This document shows positions 54,953-63,239 of a stretch of 64,000 nt of DNA, piece after piece. Position 1 is the first letter of the stretch; each line of letters begins with the position of its first letter. The stretch is taken from assembly GCF_006345805.1 (NCBI RefSeq), contig NC_042999.1:86800001-86864000 (forward strand). Direction: 5' to 3'. Origin of the DNA: Octopus sinensis. Taxonomy: Eukaryota. Below the pieces are notes generated by a model, which was not told where the DNA came from, ran no database searches, and saw nothing but the letters and a program-made list of their open reading frames with translations. Both the position numbers and the translations under genes were made by a program.

Positions 54953-57900
54953 TCCTGATGCAATACCAGGCAGTGGCTCTCGTAGCTTCTGATCTTAACT
55001 GATTGGAAGTGTTATCATGTACATTGTTTTGTTTTGGTATAAAAGATGGGCTACAGCAAATATTCTGCTCAATACCAGAGATTTGCTTGTCAGTTGTTTG
55101 ACCTTAACTAGTTGAGCATGTCCCTTAGTGGCTGACGATATGTGCATCTCTGATCATGAGCAGAAGTAGTGGGGGAGCATCATAGCCATGTGTTGAGAAG
55201 GATTCTTTGGAGTTTGAATAATTCACCTCTAGAAACATGGGTGTTTTGTTCAACATCCTTAAACAACCCTTATTCAGGGACCTTTTGAGCAGGATGGGTT
55301 ACTCGACCAGAAGAAAATTCTAACTGGGCCCCACCTGCAAGGTCATGTGCTGTTTATCTTGGTATGAGATCACCATGTTGTGCACACATGGTTGTGATGC
55401 ATGTGCTTAGTGTACCCTTATCAGACGAGTAGACATGATGGGTATACTGGGCTTCATATATTTTACCCCAGTGTTTACTTTGATGGCATACACTGCTCTC
55501 TCACTCAATAATAATAATAATAATAATAATAATGAACTTGATGTATACAGTGCTCAGGTGCACTACAACTAAAAAAAAAGGAAGAAAAAAGAAACAGGGA
55601 TGGTGGGGCATCAGGTGTACTGTTGGCAAATTTCAGGAAGCATGGAAGTTTTGAAGGATGTAGTGTGTTGCCAGCTAACAATTGATGCAAGTAGTTTATT
55701 CATGCTTCAGTGATTCTGAATGTTTCTGATCAAGACTTCTTGCAATTTGCTGTGCTTGCAAAATGCCAGCATGCAAAATGAACACTAAAAATTAGAGAAA
55801 AGAAAACGAAGTTGAACTGAGTGGAAATTCAATTCAGAAATGAAAGAGGCTATGAGCTTCCCACCTTTTTTTTTTTTTACATTATCTAATGTACCTTTAT
55901 ATAAAGTAATATAGATACCTTTATAACAATCATATATGTCATCATCATCATTTAACATCCGTTTTAATTTGTGTCATTAATACTTCTACTAAAAATAAAT
56001 TATCTTTAAAATATTATTTATACCCCCAAGGACCACAAGAAGTAAGTGATAGGTCAAGAGGATTTTGAAATAATGTAGCAATATGGAGTGGCAGCAGGAT
56101 AAGGTGGTAAGCAAGGCATAGAAGGCATATTGCTAGAAGGGAAACTAAGAGTTGATGATTAGCGAATGTCCTTTATCATGAGGATGTTAAGCTTGAACAT
56201 TTCTGCATAGCAAGGCAATGTGTACTTATCTAAATTTTAATGTAGATATATGTACGAGCCAATATTAAGAAAGTGTTTGTGTGAAGTGTTACTGATGTTA
56301 CTCAGTAACACAGGAAAGAAAAGAATGTGTAAGTGTGACTGTGAGAGATTGTTAAATGAAGAATAGTGGAAGCCCAGATAAGCTAATATAGAGATTAGTT
56401 TCATCATCATCGTCGTCGTCATCATCGTCGTCGTTGTCATCGTCGTCGTTGTCATCATCGTCGTCATCATCATCGTCGTCATCATCATCATCAACATCAT
56501 TTAACATCTGTTTTCCATGCTTGTATGGGTTCGACAATTTGACAGAAGTTGGTCAGCCAGAGAGCTGACCAGGCTCCATTTGTCTGTCTTGGCATGTTTT
56601 CTATGGCTGGATGCCCTTCCTAATGCCAACCACTTTACAGAGTGTGTTGGGTGCTTTTTACATGGCACTGGCATGAGTGCTTTTATATGGCACTAAAAAT
56701 ATGAAGGTGTGGATAGCTGAGATGATGGAAGTATAGACTATTTATGTGCTATGCCAATGACTCAGTTAATTAGATAGTGTAGCTCACTTCATAACTGGCA
56801 TAGAAGTATCATTGTAAATGAATACAAACACAACTGGTATTCACTAGAATGGGAAAATTACATTATCCTTTAGCTGATGGTCTAGTTTTTGAAAACAGAA
56901 CAAGTTTTAACATAGCATAAGATAAAATTAATTTGGATAAAATGCAGTTTGGATTGTTACCAGAATATGGTGCAATAAATGCTATATTTCTAATGAGACA
57001 ACAGCAAGCAAAGCTCTTAGTTAAGCACAAACTTTTGCTTTGGATTTGCAAATATCAAAATCACTTTTTTGACAGTTGCACACCATGTCTGATAAGCTTT
57101 GAGTGAGAAAGCTCAGATGAATGGCTCATAAAGGTGGTAAATACAGGCCATGTAGAAATGGGTTGCAATGAAAAATTTGTCCCCCAGGCAAACTCTACAA
57201 GGGTCTTATCTTCAACCACTTTTTATTTATTATAGTCATTGAGGCAATGATAGAGAGGTTAATAAAATTTCCTAAGGAAATTTAATTTACTGATGGCCTG
57301 CTTTTATTTAAAGAATTTATTGAAGAATTACAGGAAGGAATAATGAGTCTGAGTTTGTGTTTAACAGTATGAAGAATTCTTGTGAACTAATTTAATCTTT
57401 TATCTTTTACTTGTTTCAGTCATTAGACTGCAACCATGGTGGGACACTGTCTTGAAGAATTTTTAGTTGAATGTATTGACCCCAGTACTTAATTTTTTTA
57501 AAGCCTGGTACTTATTTTATCAGTTTCTTTTGCTGAACTGCAAAGTTATAGGGACGTAAACACACCTGAACCAGTTGGCAAACAGTGGTGTGGACACACA
57601 CACACACGTATGATGGGCTTCTTTCAGTTTCTATCTGCCAAATCCAGTCACAAGGCTTTGGTTGGCCCAAGGCTTTGGTTGGCCTAAGGCTATAGTAGAA
57701 GACACTTGCCCAAGGTGCCATGCAGTGGGACTGAACCCAGGACCATGTGGTTGGGAAGCAAGCTTCTTACCAAACAGCCACACCTGTGCCTACATGTGTA
57801 TCTCAAACAATGAAGTTGAATTTATAAAAAAGCTAGTTAATATGTTTTTGTTATAGCTTAAACTCAAGTCAACAGACGTGAACAAAGGCATTCCAATCAT

Positions 57901-59834
57901 GACCATTCTGTCCATTTTTGGATGGGGAACAGCATAATTTAACTAGGTCTACATAATCCAATCTGTCTGTTCCTTTTTGGATAAAAAAGGGTGTTGATAT
58001 AACAAAAAATTAGCTACTAATTGCAGTAGGTCGATCATCAACATACAAGCTCCTATATGTGTTGGTGGGAGTTATATAGATATAACAGCAAGTCGCTTCA
58101 GAGACTTAGAGTTAATGGGAATAATGAACTGTTGCAAAAAAAACATTGAGTTAAACATTCTTTTTTTCTCTGTTTGCCAATTCTTTCATTATATCAGCCA
58201 TAGGCAACATGTGGCCTAATGAAAACCTAATGAAAAATTACCTTCACTTTTGTTAGCAATATGGCACATATGAGACATGTTTCATGCAACCTGCTTCTTG
58301 TAAGAAGTTGCCCATTTCTGCTTTATACTATCAAGAATTTAAAGGTTTCATAATTAATATTTTTTTTAGCTGGATGTTTTATCTATCAATAAACACTTGA
58401 TTATGAAGTAAGTGTGAAACTGTTGCCAATCAAGAAACTGAAACGCACACCTCACTAGTCAGAGGAAAGCTAATATTGTTACTTAAAATTAATTGAAACT
58501 TTTTTTTTTAAACAGGAATTGTGCAATTACTTCACTGAAGAGTTTTGGTTTAGGAGAAGGTGTGCATTACCTACAAAAAGAACTTGATGAATTTCATCTT
58601 CAGTATATGGAGACTACTCCATGGATAGATACAGAAGTGCAGTTGGAAAAATGGGTTACGAAGTAAGTAAATCATTTCATTTTATTATCTATTAGGAATA
58701 AATGGAAACAGGAAGCATATATTGGCATTTTTAATGTAGAAGTACAGGGTGTTCAGGCTAAATTTCATTGTTTGCATAAAAGGGAAAGAAAGCAATGTTC
58801 CATGCAATATAAAAGTATTTTTGAAAATCAAAACATTTCAAATAGATTATGTCTGAGAGATAGTTTACTCAAAATAACCACTTTCACCTTCCACCACAAC
58901 ATCAAAACAACTCCAGAGCTTGTTACAAGTCTTCCTCTGTGTTCCTGGTAAGACCTTCGAGCACTTCCTTGATCTTGGCCACCAGCTCAGTCTTGGTGTT
59001 GCAGGCAGAGTGATTGGTGTCTTTCTCAACCACACCCCATACATAGTAATTCATGGGATTACAATTGGAGGAATAAGGACACCAAAAATTGAAGCTGGTA
59101 AAACTGTAGAAATTTTCAGAGAACCACTTTTTACTTTTTTTAGAGGTATAGCAAGGAGACAAATCCTGCTGTCACACATATGGCCTTCCAACAACAACCC
59201 TCTCCAGCTAGGGTTTGATCACAGCTTCCAGTAGCTTCACATAGCTGTCTGAACTGAGCCTATGGCCCTGTCCAAACATGTGGGTCTGCAAGATGTCACC
59301 TTCACTGGAGACACTCAAAGACAATCACAGACAATGGGAACTTGGTTTTCATGATGTTCATGTTACATCTTACAGTATTTACAGTGTTCACAAAACATTG
59401 AGCAATAGTTATAATGTCAGCGAAAATGATGATTTATGCTGGGTAACTTTTTTTCCAGTATTTGGATGGCTTCCATTCCTCTGTATCAGCTAACTTTTTT
59501 CTCAGCTAAAACTTTAATCTTTACACTCTCCAATGCTGTTGACTGTTCACCAAATTTAGCCCAAACACCTTGTATAATGTGATACATTATTTTTCTGAAT
59601 ATACAAACGAAATAATGTGCATAGAAAATAATTTCATACAATTGCCTTGTTTTAGTGTGTTTACTTCTAAATGTCCCTCTTAGCAACTATTATTCAACTT
59701 TGAAATGACTGAAGATCACTATTCTTGGTTTGAGAATAATTACTGTTAAAGAGTGTTGTTCTTGTATATGATACCAACACTATACTGTGTCTACATCCAA
59801 GGCACTTGCTCCTTTTACCTTGCTGTATGGAGGG

Positions 59835-59871
<37 letters not shown>

Positions 59872-60416
59872 AAAATATGAGAGAGAATCCACTATGTGGA
59901 CGCTCTTACGCTAGATATAGATCCGCAAAGGGACTCAACCACTAAGAATTGTTCTCAAGAAATAATTTAGCACACTAAGAACGTAAGCGAGCAGGACAAA
60001 TGAAAAATAACGAAAATATAGATTAACCCCATACAATTGTTTCACTGTTAATAAATTATGTAATTTTACTTACATAAATATCCTCAGATCATCGGTGGAG
60101 TACGTCATAAGATATAATTTGTCGAACTGCACACTATATATTAACACGAGGTCAGAGACATGAACAGTTCGGCTGATTATATTCACAGTTACATTCAAGT
60201 GCCTTCGTTGTAGTGTGCCAAAAATTCCCGGAAATAAATACTGCATAAGTAATTCACTGCAGTAGTTTACGCCGGTTTGAGAACATATTAAATTATAATT
60301 AAAGTCAAAATGAGGGTGAACAAATTTTTTTCACCCTCATTTTGACTTTTATATATATATATATATATATATATCTTTTAAGTTTATGTGAAATGTCTTT
60401 ATCCTATGCTATTTAT

Positions 60417-60450
<34 letters not shown>

Positions 60451-61030
60451 TACATGGGAAAATGCGAGCAAGAGAAATAAGATTATAAACCTGGAAAAGT
60501 ACAGGACAAGTTATTACACTTTGCAAAGTTCAGGACAAGTTATTATATCTGGTAAAGTACAGAACATACTTCCTTCTCATCCAATTGCTTTCTTTCTATT
60601 TCCCTCTGAAAATATTTATGAAATTCCTTACCATCTCTCCAACTTTGGACGTAGTTATCTCTAACCTCATGCAATAAAGTGTTCTCTGAAGATCCGTTTC
60701 TAGTTAAGCATCCAAATGCACTTGGAACACCTATTTCAGGACTCCAAACAACAATAATAGTGAAACAGGTGTAAGAACTGTAATATAAACTTGTGTTTAT
60801 CCTTATTTCTTGTATATACATATATATGTATGGTCTTGCATGTTATGAGGCAATTGTTATTAGTGCTGGTATCATGAGAAAGGTACTTAGTAGTTGGTGT
60901 CGGGGGTGGGGGCATTCAGCCATAGAAAATATACCAAAGTAGACATTTGTGTATGACACAGTCTTCTGACTCATCAGACACTATCAAACTGTCCAGTCCA
61001 TGCCAGCTGTTAAACAACGACGACGACAAC

Positions 61031-61076
<46 letters not shown>

Positions 61077-61367
61077 TAGTAGTTTTATTCTTATAACGTG
61101 CTTTCACTTCACTACCGAGCGCACCTCTGTGTGCCTTGGGTATGTGCTGTGGTTTGTTGTGATACTCTTATGGTTACTTTATTGAAAGTGTTTTGTGTAG
61201 GATGTGTACAGTGCCCAGTAGTGCAATTTTCTGTATGTTATATATATTTGTACGTCCTGGTGTTTTTGTTATGTATTTGTCTGAATATTAATGTGCCTAC
61301 TATGATAGGAATTGTTTCTGTTTTTAGATTTCACATTTGAGTTACCTCTATTTCCAGGTCTTTATTA

Positions 61368-61419
<52 letters not shown>

Positions 61420-61643
61420 TATTATTATTATTATTCATGAATCATGAATCTTGCTTCAGAAAATGACAATACATCGACTTTATAAAATTCTGCTCTAGTT
61501 GTTAAGTAACACAATTTTAGTGAATGTTCATATATTTCAGATGGAAAAAATTCTTTCAGAGAGATATCCGCGTTTCATTTCATAGTTCAACTAAACCTGA
61601 GGATCTGCAAGATACTTTACCCTCAGTTTATAAATTCCGAGAG
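1638..61643 (+). CDS. WDR97: WD repeat-containing protein 97-like, partial multi-exon gene model (20 exons, 993 aa, open at both ends)
   Basis: Manually joined GT-AG exons keep one open frame. WD40 motifs: LITGSEDGCIKVWD, GHNDKI..VSVSTDETLRIWN, LISSGRDLVIKIWRFY, ASASIDQTIKIWN. The run DLVIKIWRFYAFA..HYDQIISLTSCPKLGILASASIDQTIKIWNETNNLIRTLQLEAIPESLCFYGEKGDLLVGL..YLPNSY follows the motif order I recall for WDR97/KIAA1875. The symbol comes from recognition and needs BLAST confirmation. Confidence 0.75.
1826..2082 (-). mobile_element. tRNA-derived SINE family C (core gtgttcttgagcaa...ctccagtccactcagctg)
   Basis: tRNA-like head tggcttagtggttagag..ggtttcgattcc on the - strand. Related copies at about 3705-4015, 16705-16835, 17300-17420, 26215-26330 and 45330-45610. 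Confidence 0.7.
4030..4250 (-). mobile_element. Short RTE 3'-tail element ending in (GAT)n
   Basis: Same ...aacccatgccagcatgga...gttaaatgatgatg tail as the RTE LINE copies. Other copies at about 2355-2560, 6960-7100, 10400-10630, 13030-13270, 23985-24310, 50170-50295, 52975-53150 and 56400-56690. Confidence 0.75.
4370..4535 (+). CDS. WDR97: WDR97-like exon 2
   Basis: tttcag|TC...AG|gtatac; IKVWDPDWNVLLVFVGHNDKIIKLIQFPHSIANLVSVSTDETLRIWNLETQEEIR; phase 1/2. Confidence 0.93.
4629..4995 (+). mobile_element. Non-autonomous Helitron
   Basis: A|TCTATATATATAAAA 5' end; ...gcaacgctgggtgatactgCTAG|T 3' end; inserted between A and T with no TSD. Confidence 0.75.
5600..6635 (+). mobile_element. RTE-clade LINE, 5'-truncated 3' fragment
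   Basis: VEVVDSFHYLGD..SESIAVRIRIGW, MLHSSETW..RLERNETSMLCWMC, then 3' UTR and (GAT)n tail; frameshifted. Confidence 0.85.
7482..7610 (+). CDS. WDR97: WDR97-like exon 3
   Basis: ttgttag|A ATA...GG|gtaaga; RIQIEKNVTILGSIPEREELYSCSNEDLFLWKTDHLYNLFVVIG; phase 2/2. Confidence 0.88.
7700..8064 (+). mobile_element. Tc1-like transposon 3' fragment
   Basis: DDKAPIHTA..WSPQSPDLNTIEHLW..IQSLYQSIPHRIQAVI; ends in TIR-like ttttgttcaaccacagtg|TA next to (TA)n. Confidence 0.8.
8064..8920. repeat. Microsatellite cluster: (TA)n, (GA)n and degenerate (GT)n. Similar tracts at about 9780, 10980-11110, 11390, 20120-20260, 46860-46980, 56400-56500 and 61030.
   Basis: Directly visible simple repeats; they generate most of the His/Thr-, Val/Cys- and Ile/Tyr-rich ORFs in the track. 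Confidence 0.95.
9007..9568. repeat. 562-bp near-perfect AT-rich palindrome, centre about 9287
   Basis: Arms such as aattagagataaaaccactattaggcaactcaaaca / tgtttgagttgcctaatagtggttttatctctaatt; no spacer loop. Confidence 0.9.
9572..10330. mobile_element. Penelope-like terminal fragments with an 80-bp-arm inverted repeat (9881-9962 / 10043-10123)
   Basis: The inverted repeat is seen directly. A degenerate hammerhead-like core ctgatgaagagctcccctcaaaacg lies at 10238-10262. The family assignment is inferred. Confidence 0.5.
10692..10873 (+). CDS. WDR97: WDR97-like exon 4
   Basis: tttcag|C TTC...G|gtaact; FKIISIKMTNHPAYPQRAIVICDDFSIRIINPHTGQNITKLLL..VYAISE; phase 2/1. Confidence 0.9.
11657..12185 (-). 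mobile_element. Element of about 530 bp embedded in (TAA)n, copy 1
   Basis: Same ends as the copies at 12211-12751 and 54951-55507; flanked by ATT repeats. Confidence 0.75.
12211..12751 (-). mobile_element. Element of about 540 bp embedded in (TAA)n, copy 2 (tandem with copy 1)
   Basis: tgagtgagagagcagtgcatg...gcctggtactgcatcagggca followed by long (ATT)n. Confidence 0.75.
13752..13853 (+). CDS. WDR97: WDR97-like exon 5
   Basis: ttcccag|AC...G|gtatgt; DTLFVLLKDGSLLKASTLRNPCQIMSIWTYNSPS; phase 1/1. Confidence 0.9.
14020..15515. repeat. Near-identical direct tandem duplication, period 751 bp, bounded by (GA)n(GT)n
   Basis: 14051-14738 reads identical by eye to 14802-15489; only the microsatellite lengths differ. 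Confidence 0.9.
15990..16640 (+). mobile_element. Decayed RTE LINE RT fragment
   Basis: Remnant of the YADDLAL..EEDLEKKLQ region (caagtgacctagcacttattatagaaaaagaagaagatttagag). Confidence 0.55.
17509..17726 (+). CDS. WDR97: WDR97-like exon 6
   Basis: ttcacag|TT...CAA|gtaagg; VHFSSLVLYEHV..RTILVAGRFNGEICILDWFEGTINFQIQ; phase 1/0. Confidence 0.9.
18000..18780 (-). mobile_element. Decayed CR1/Jockey-like LINE RT C-terminal fragment
   Basis: Minus-strand remnants such as LYKNT..IGKASSTGI; many stops. Confidence 0.45.
18970..19207. repeat. Perfect 59-bp inverted repeat with 120-bp spacer
   Basis: 18970-19028 is the exact reverse complement of 19149-19207. Confidence 0.92.
20345..20417 (+). CDS. 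WDR97: WDR97-like exon 7
   Basis: ttttctag|GCT...G|gtaata; AHGNKEVLSLVSNPRFDQLISSGR; phase 0/1. Confidence 0.92.
21234..21416 (+). CDS. WDR97: WDR97-like exon 8
   Basis: tttcag|AT...A|gtaagt; DLVIKIWRFYAFAADCLIPLMSFYC..SLVSYDLRNY; phase 1/1. Confidence 0.93.
21453..21807. repeat. AT-rich foldback with arms of about 123 bp
   Basis: caccttttatcaattcaaaatgaa..ttacaccatctaga / tctagatggtgtaa..ttcattttgaattgataaaaggtg. Confidence 0.88.
23537..23675 (+). CDS. WDR97: WDR97-like exon 9
   Basis: cttcag|TG...CG|gtaagt; QYDQNPSCEHYDQIISLTSCPKLGILASASIDQTIKIWNETNNLIR; phase 1/2. Confidence 0.93.
24380..24882 (-). mobile_element. Tc1/mariner DD37D (maT)-like remnant, truncated
   Basis: Homologous to the 58745-59572 element; TIR-like atttagcctggacaagctg|TA at the right end. 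Confidence 0.6.
25706..25812 (+). CDS. WDR97: WDR97-like exon 10
   Basis: atatcag|A ACA...T|gtaagt; TLQLEAIPESLCFYGEKGDLLVGLSRHIYKIPNTV; phase 2/1. Confidence 0.92.
27307..27451 (+). CDS. WDR97: WDR97-like exon 11
   Basis: ttacag|AC...AT|gtttgt (weak donor, chosen to match the phase of the next exon); YLPNSYKVKLMSMTIKKPIPD..QALRMEKS; phase 1/2. Confidence 0.82.
27570..31602 (-). mobile_element. Academ (AcademX-type) DNA transposon; both TIRs present, internally deleted, transposase pseudogenised
   Basis: TIRs of about 150 bp (27570-27723 / 31451-31602) starting TAGGCC; TSD (C)TAT on both flanks; minus-strand pieces YAKYL..VDKTIEETFMKHAK, SSQEETDSHVILY, HAFTGCDSTNAFKG (XPG/FEN1-like H3TH motif) and an acidic tail. 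Confidence 0.75.
28582..28970 (+). mobile_element. tRNA-derived SINE family A (octopus OK/OR-like), full length, nested in the Academ element
   Basis: gcaggagtggctgtgtggtaagtagc..ggttcagtccc head and AGTAAG tail. Other copies at about 345-460, 1140-1435, 5460-5592, 8768-8880, 23745-23960, 49254-49590, 49875-50040, 52205-52602 and 57403-57790. Confidence 0.85.
32449..33482 (+). mobile_element. Helitron derivative carrying two tandem copies of the PIF1-helicase C-terminus
   Basis: A|TCTATACATAC 5' end; ..FSQGQIYVALSR.. and ..FSQGQLYVALSQ..KILLK..KNLVIKELLN*; hairpin followed by CTAG|T at 33479-33483. Confidence 0.8.
33818..33884 (+). CDS. WDR97: WDR97-like exon 12
   Basis: poly-T tcaacag|G...GCC|gtaagc; LPFYVDHSSPDTTECLISEDKA; phase 2/0. 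Confidence 0.8.
34823..34969 (+). CDS. WDR97: WDR97-like exon 13
   Basis: ctttag|GCA...CAG|gttagt; AHQMFKERNNDLETLQSGSTQQKKKNLKNVKRTAFFNYMRVINKVIAEQ; phase 0/0. Confidence 0.82.
36238..36310 (+). CDS. WDR97: WDR97-like exon 14
   Basis: ttgtag|TCT...G|gtaaat; STPEDTLASIIDGNEVSHRFKSIS; phase 0/1. Confidence 0.72.
36400..36940 (+). mobile_element. RTE 3' UTR with three subrepeats of about 66 bp
   Basis: Unit ..cctgactgg..catgccagtggcatgtaaaaagcacc.. x3 at 36590-36780; (GAT)n tail. Confidence 0.7.
39000..40490 (-). mobile_element. RTE LINE RT and 3' fragment
   Basis: YLDFVDMKKAFDK..QVGVHQVSVLSPFLFIVVIQAL..KIGCP, followed by 3' UTR and tail. Confidence 0.85.
41229..41359 (+). CDS. WDR97: WDR97-like exon 15
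   Basis: cttcag|AA...AAG|gtacac; EFQRCMESPENPNVKKQPDRYGRIQKPRRREFLSEKKPHEPLKK; phase 1/0. Confidence 0.78.
41690..41713 (+). other. Microexon cassette copy A (24 nt, HDCHNVQP), donor decayed; pseudoexon or weak alternative exon
   Basis: Acceptor ctacatttctattttag is identical (17/17) to that of the 45856 microexon and the downstream intron is homologous; the donor is gtctcag instead of gtaagtatcag. Confidence 0.5.
42060..42792 (-). mobile_element. mariner (DD34D-type) 5' fragment
   Basis: MAEMQKQHTSMKFCFLLGK..AYKDTAMSKTQVSEWF..EDQPQSGR (mariner HTH); TIR-like tgagggggcacccaaaagtaacc. Confidence 0.8.
42978..44755 (+). other. Microexon cassette copy B, split by a Chapaev3-like transposon (left piece 42978-42990, right piece 44745-44755)
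   Basis: Acceptor matches copy C at 19/22 nt; donor gtaagtatcagctatg is identical to copy C (16/16); the transposon lies between them. Confidence 0.65.
42987..44746 (-). mobile_element. Chapaev3-like (CMC) DNA transposon, decayed
   Basis: WRLFIDASL, LPPLHIKLSL, KEGIFVGPQIR, SLKIHFLHSHL, VSDEHGERSHQDI; left TIR CACTGTACAACAA; right end ttgttatcaagtc matches 9/13. The family name is from motif recall. Confidence 0.72.
45856..45879 (+). CDS. WDR97: WDR97-like 24-nt microexon (PEHSSSPT), cassette copy C
   Basis: ttctattttag|CCTGAACATTCCAGCAGTCCGACA|gtaagt; strong sites on both sides; phase 0/0 between phase-0 exons; optional for frame. Confidence 0.65.
45902..46281 (+). mobile_element. HINE/DINE-1-like Helentron non-autonomous element
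   Basis: ttattACCTCCGCC..hairpin..(GTTT)n.. subterminal inverted ggtggaggt plus 3' stem, inserted in T-rich sequence; removing it restores homology to cassette copies A and B. Confidence 0.7.
46980..48540 (-). mobile_element. RTE LINE reverse-transcriptase fragment (longest copy in window)
   Basis: YKGKGNALNTNNYRGIKLL..QFEFVPGRST..FIDMEKAFDR..GVHQGS..LLYTDDFAL; frameshifted. An older RTE tail lies at about 46430-46670. Confidence 0.9.
50379..50774 (+). CDS. WDR97: WDR97-like exon 17 (Ser/Thr-rich)
   Basis: ttttgcag|GCT...GAT|gtaagt; 132 codons ALFSLFESGE..ILSADWFQKRFGDLTD; phase 0/0. Confidence 0.88.
51100..51960 (+). mobile_element. RTE LINE 3' coding fragment
   Basis: LEVVDSFCYQGDQV..RIRMGWAEFRELLPML..GIRCSVQERRLCWYG. 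Confidence 0.85.
53290..54450. repeat. Cryptic CAT/TGTGAC-rich degenerate minisatellite, interrupted by insertions
   Basis: Recurrent atcattgtgac-like units. Confidence 0.6.
53445..53631. mobile_element. hAT-type MITE, 187 bp
   Basis: TIR CAGTGCTCCACAA / TTGTGGTGCACTG; perfect 8-bp TSD AATTAAAT on both sides. Confidence 0.85.
54543..54865 (+). CDS. WDR97: WDR97-like exon 18 (helical region)
   Basis: gatacag|ATT...AG|gtatat; ILTNMVHSNDFILSIIPLLN..HYIYGDEII; phase 0/2. Confidence 0.88.
54951..55507 (+). mobile_element. Element of about 550 bp embedded in (TAA)n, copy 3
   Basis: (AAT)n-tgtcctgatgcaataccagg...ctctctcactc-(AAT)n; reverse complement of the 11.7-12.7 kb copies. Confidence 0.78.
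56860..57350 (+). mobile_element. Decayed RTE RT fragment
   Basis: QFGLLPEYGAINAIFLMRQQQ.. remnant. Confidence 0.55.
58516..58662 (+). CDS. WDR97: WDR97-like exon 19
   Basis: poly-T aaacag|G...AA|gtaagt; RNCAITSLKSFGLGEG..VQLEKWVT; phase 2/2. Confidence 0.86.
58745..59572 (-). mobile_element. Tc1/mariner DD37D (maT)-like element, internally deleted, both TIRs present
   Basis: TA|CAGGGTGTTCAGGCTAAATTT ... AAATTTAGCCCAAACACCTTG|TA (18/21); WCPYSSNCNPMNYYVWG..TKTELVAKI. Confidence 0.75.
61075..61365 (-). mobile_element. R4/Dong-like LINE 3' end inside (TAA)n
   Basis: KDLEIEVTQM*NLKTETIPIIVG..NIQKIALLGTVHILHKTLSIK* (restriction-like endonuclease C-terminus); long (ATT)n on both sides. Confidence 0.7.
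61541..61643 (+). CDS. WDR97: WDR97-like exon 20 (last found; no stop codon)
   Basis: tttcag|A TGG...GAG|gtaaat; KWKKFFQRDIRVSFHSSTKPEDLQDTLPSVYKFRE; phase 2/0. Confidence 0.84.
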
Positions 61644-61802
61644 GTAAATTTACACCCTTTCTTTTGTGAAAATTTAACTACTGACATTGAATGAGAAATA
61701 TTAAATGCATTGTTGAGAGGTGGGATAAATGTTTGAAGGTTAACCTATTGCTAATTTGGACTAAATTAACAGAGATTTTTTTTTGTAGAATTTTAGAGTA
61801 TA

Positions 61803-62200
61803 CTAGCAGTATCGCCCGGCGTTGCTTGGGTTTGTAAGGGAAATAACTATAAAGCATTTTTAGAGAGTTATAGCCAAAAAATAGCAAAAAAATGCATTAA
61901 AAATGGAAAAAATATGATGGTAGATTTTTTTTTAAATCGTTGACTCATCGTAGACATTTTTAGAGAGTTACTTCCCTTATATAATATCGAAAAAATGCAT
62001 TAAAATGGGGAAAAAATGATGGTAAATTATTTTTAAAATCGTAGACTCATCATAGACGCGCATTAATACTCAGAAGGGCTCGATATGAATCACGACTATA
62101 AGATACCCGGTTTTGGTTAAACTGCACTGCAAAATGTGGGAGTAGTTAGGAATCTAAATCGGAGTAGACAGACACACAACCTTACTTTTATATATAAAGA
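61803..62200 (-). mobile_element. Non-autonomous Helitron
   Basis: On the - strand: A|TCTTTATATATAAAA...caacgccgggcgatactgCTAG|T. Confidence 0.8.
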
Positions 62201-62995
62201 TATTAGAAACTTAATGTATGATTGTGATGAATCCAATTAAATTAAATTGAATTAATTCATTAATGAGAATTGATGCAAATTTTCTAGCCTGTTACTGAAA
62301 GTTAAACAATATAATTGGGACCTTTAAATTAATCTTCTTATTACATCTGTTTTTCTATCTGCCAATATACATCACCTCTATTCTGTTTTGACTCTGCTTA
62401 ATAATCTACAAATCTTGACTTGCCTTGCTCTTTGATTCACAAATATTATCCTTTACTAACAACCTATCTCTAGTACTTAGTATAACATATCTATTCCACT
62501 TTCTCCCAGTAATGTAATATATCTCCTCTTTTATAATAATGAATAAAATGAATTACAATTTAAGAATTTATTTTATGGTTCACTCTGCTTTTGGATGAAA
62601 GTTGAAGAAAATCGTTTTATTCTTCTATTTGTTTCAGTCATTGTGCTACTCACATGCTGGGGCACCAAGTGTTTTAGTTAATTTATTGATTGCAGTATTT
62701 AGTGTGATATCCATTTTATCATATGTTTCTGTTTATTTACTGAGTTATGTCTTCTTGGGTACTTAAAGCCACAAAATAGGACACATTTGAGAGTTGATGT
62801 ATAATTTTTTAAAATTCTTTGGAGCTGAAATAAATTATTAGGGATTAACATATTACCTGATGTGTAGAATATATATAATAAATCATTATTTGTATGGTAA
62901 AAACTAAGATTCTGCAGGAAAGTATTAAAAATAGATAAAGTTATCTATTTTTAATACTTTCCTGCAGATTCAAAGGCAAATATACTTATTACTTT

Positions 62996-63220
62996 TGTGC
63001 TTGTCACAAGAGAACAGCTTCTCTTTTATGACATGCTCATAATACATTCATGTTCATTAATGCAAGGGATTCTGTGACAAAAGTATTTTGACATGTTGCA
63101 TCTCATCAACCAGAAATGAGTCTGACAAAAGTTGATGACCTTGTTTATAATTTCAGCAAACAGTTTGTTTGCTGATTTGTATTATCATTAGACAGAAGCT
63201 GTTCTCTTGTGATGAGCACA
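62996..63220. mobile_element. Foldback/MITE-like element with 27-bp inverted termini
   Basis: tgtgcttgtcacaagagaacagcttct / agaagctgttctcttgtgatgagcaca. Confidence 0.55.
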
Positions 63221-63239
63221 TCAGTGATTAGCACATTTG

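Noticed and set aside
62968-63050. Candidate next exon after ttcctgcag
   Set aside because: In-frame stop, no good donor, and it overlaps a foldback element
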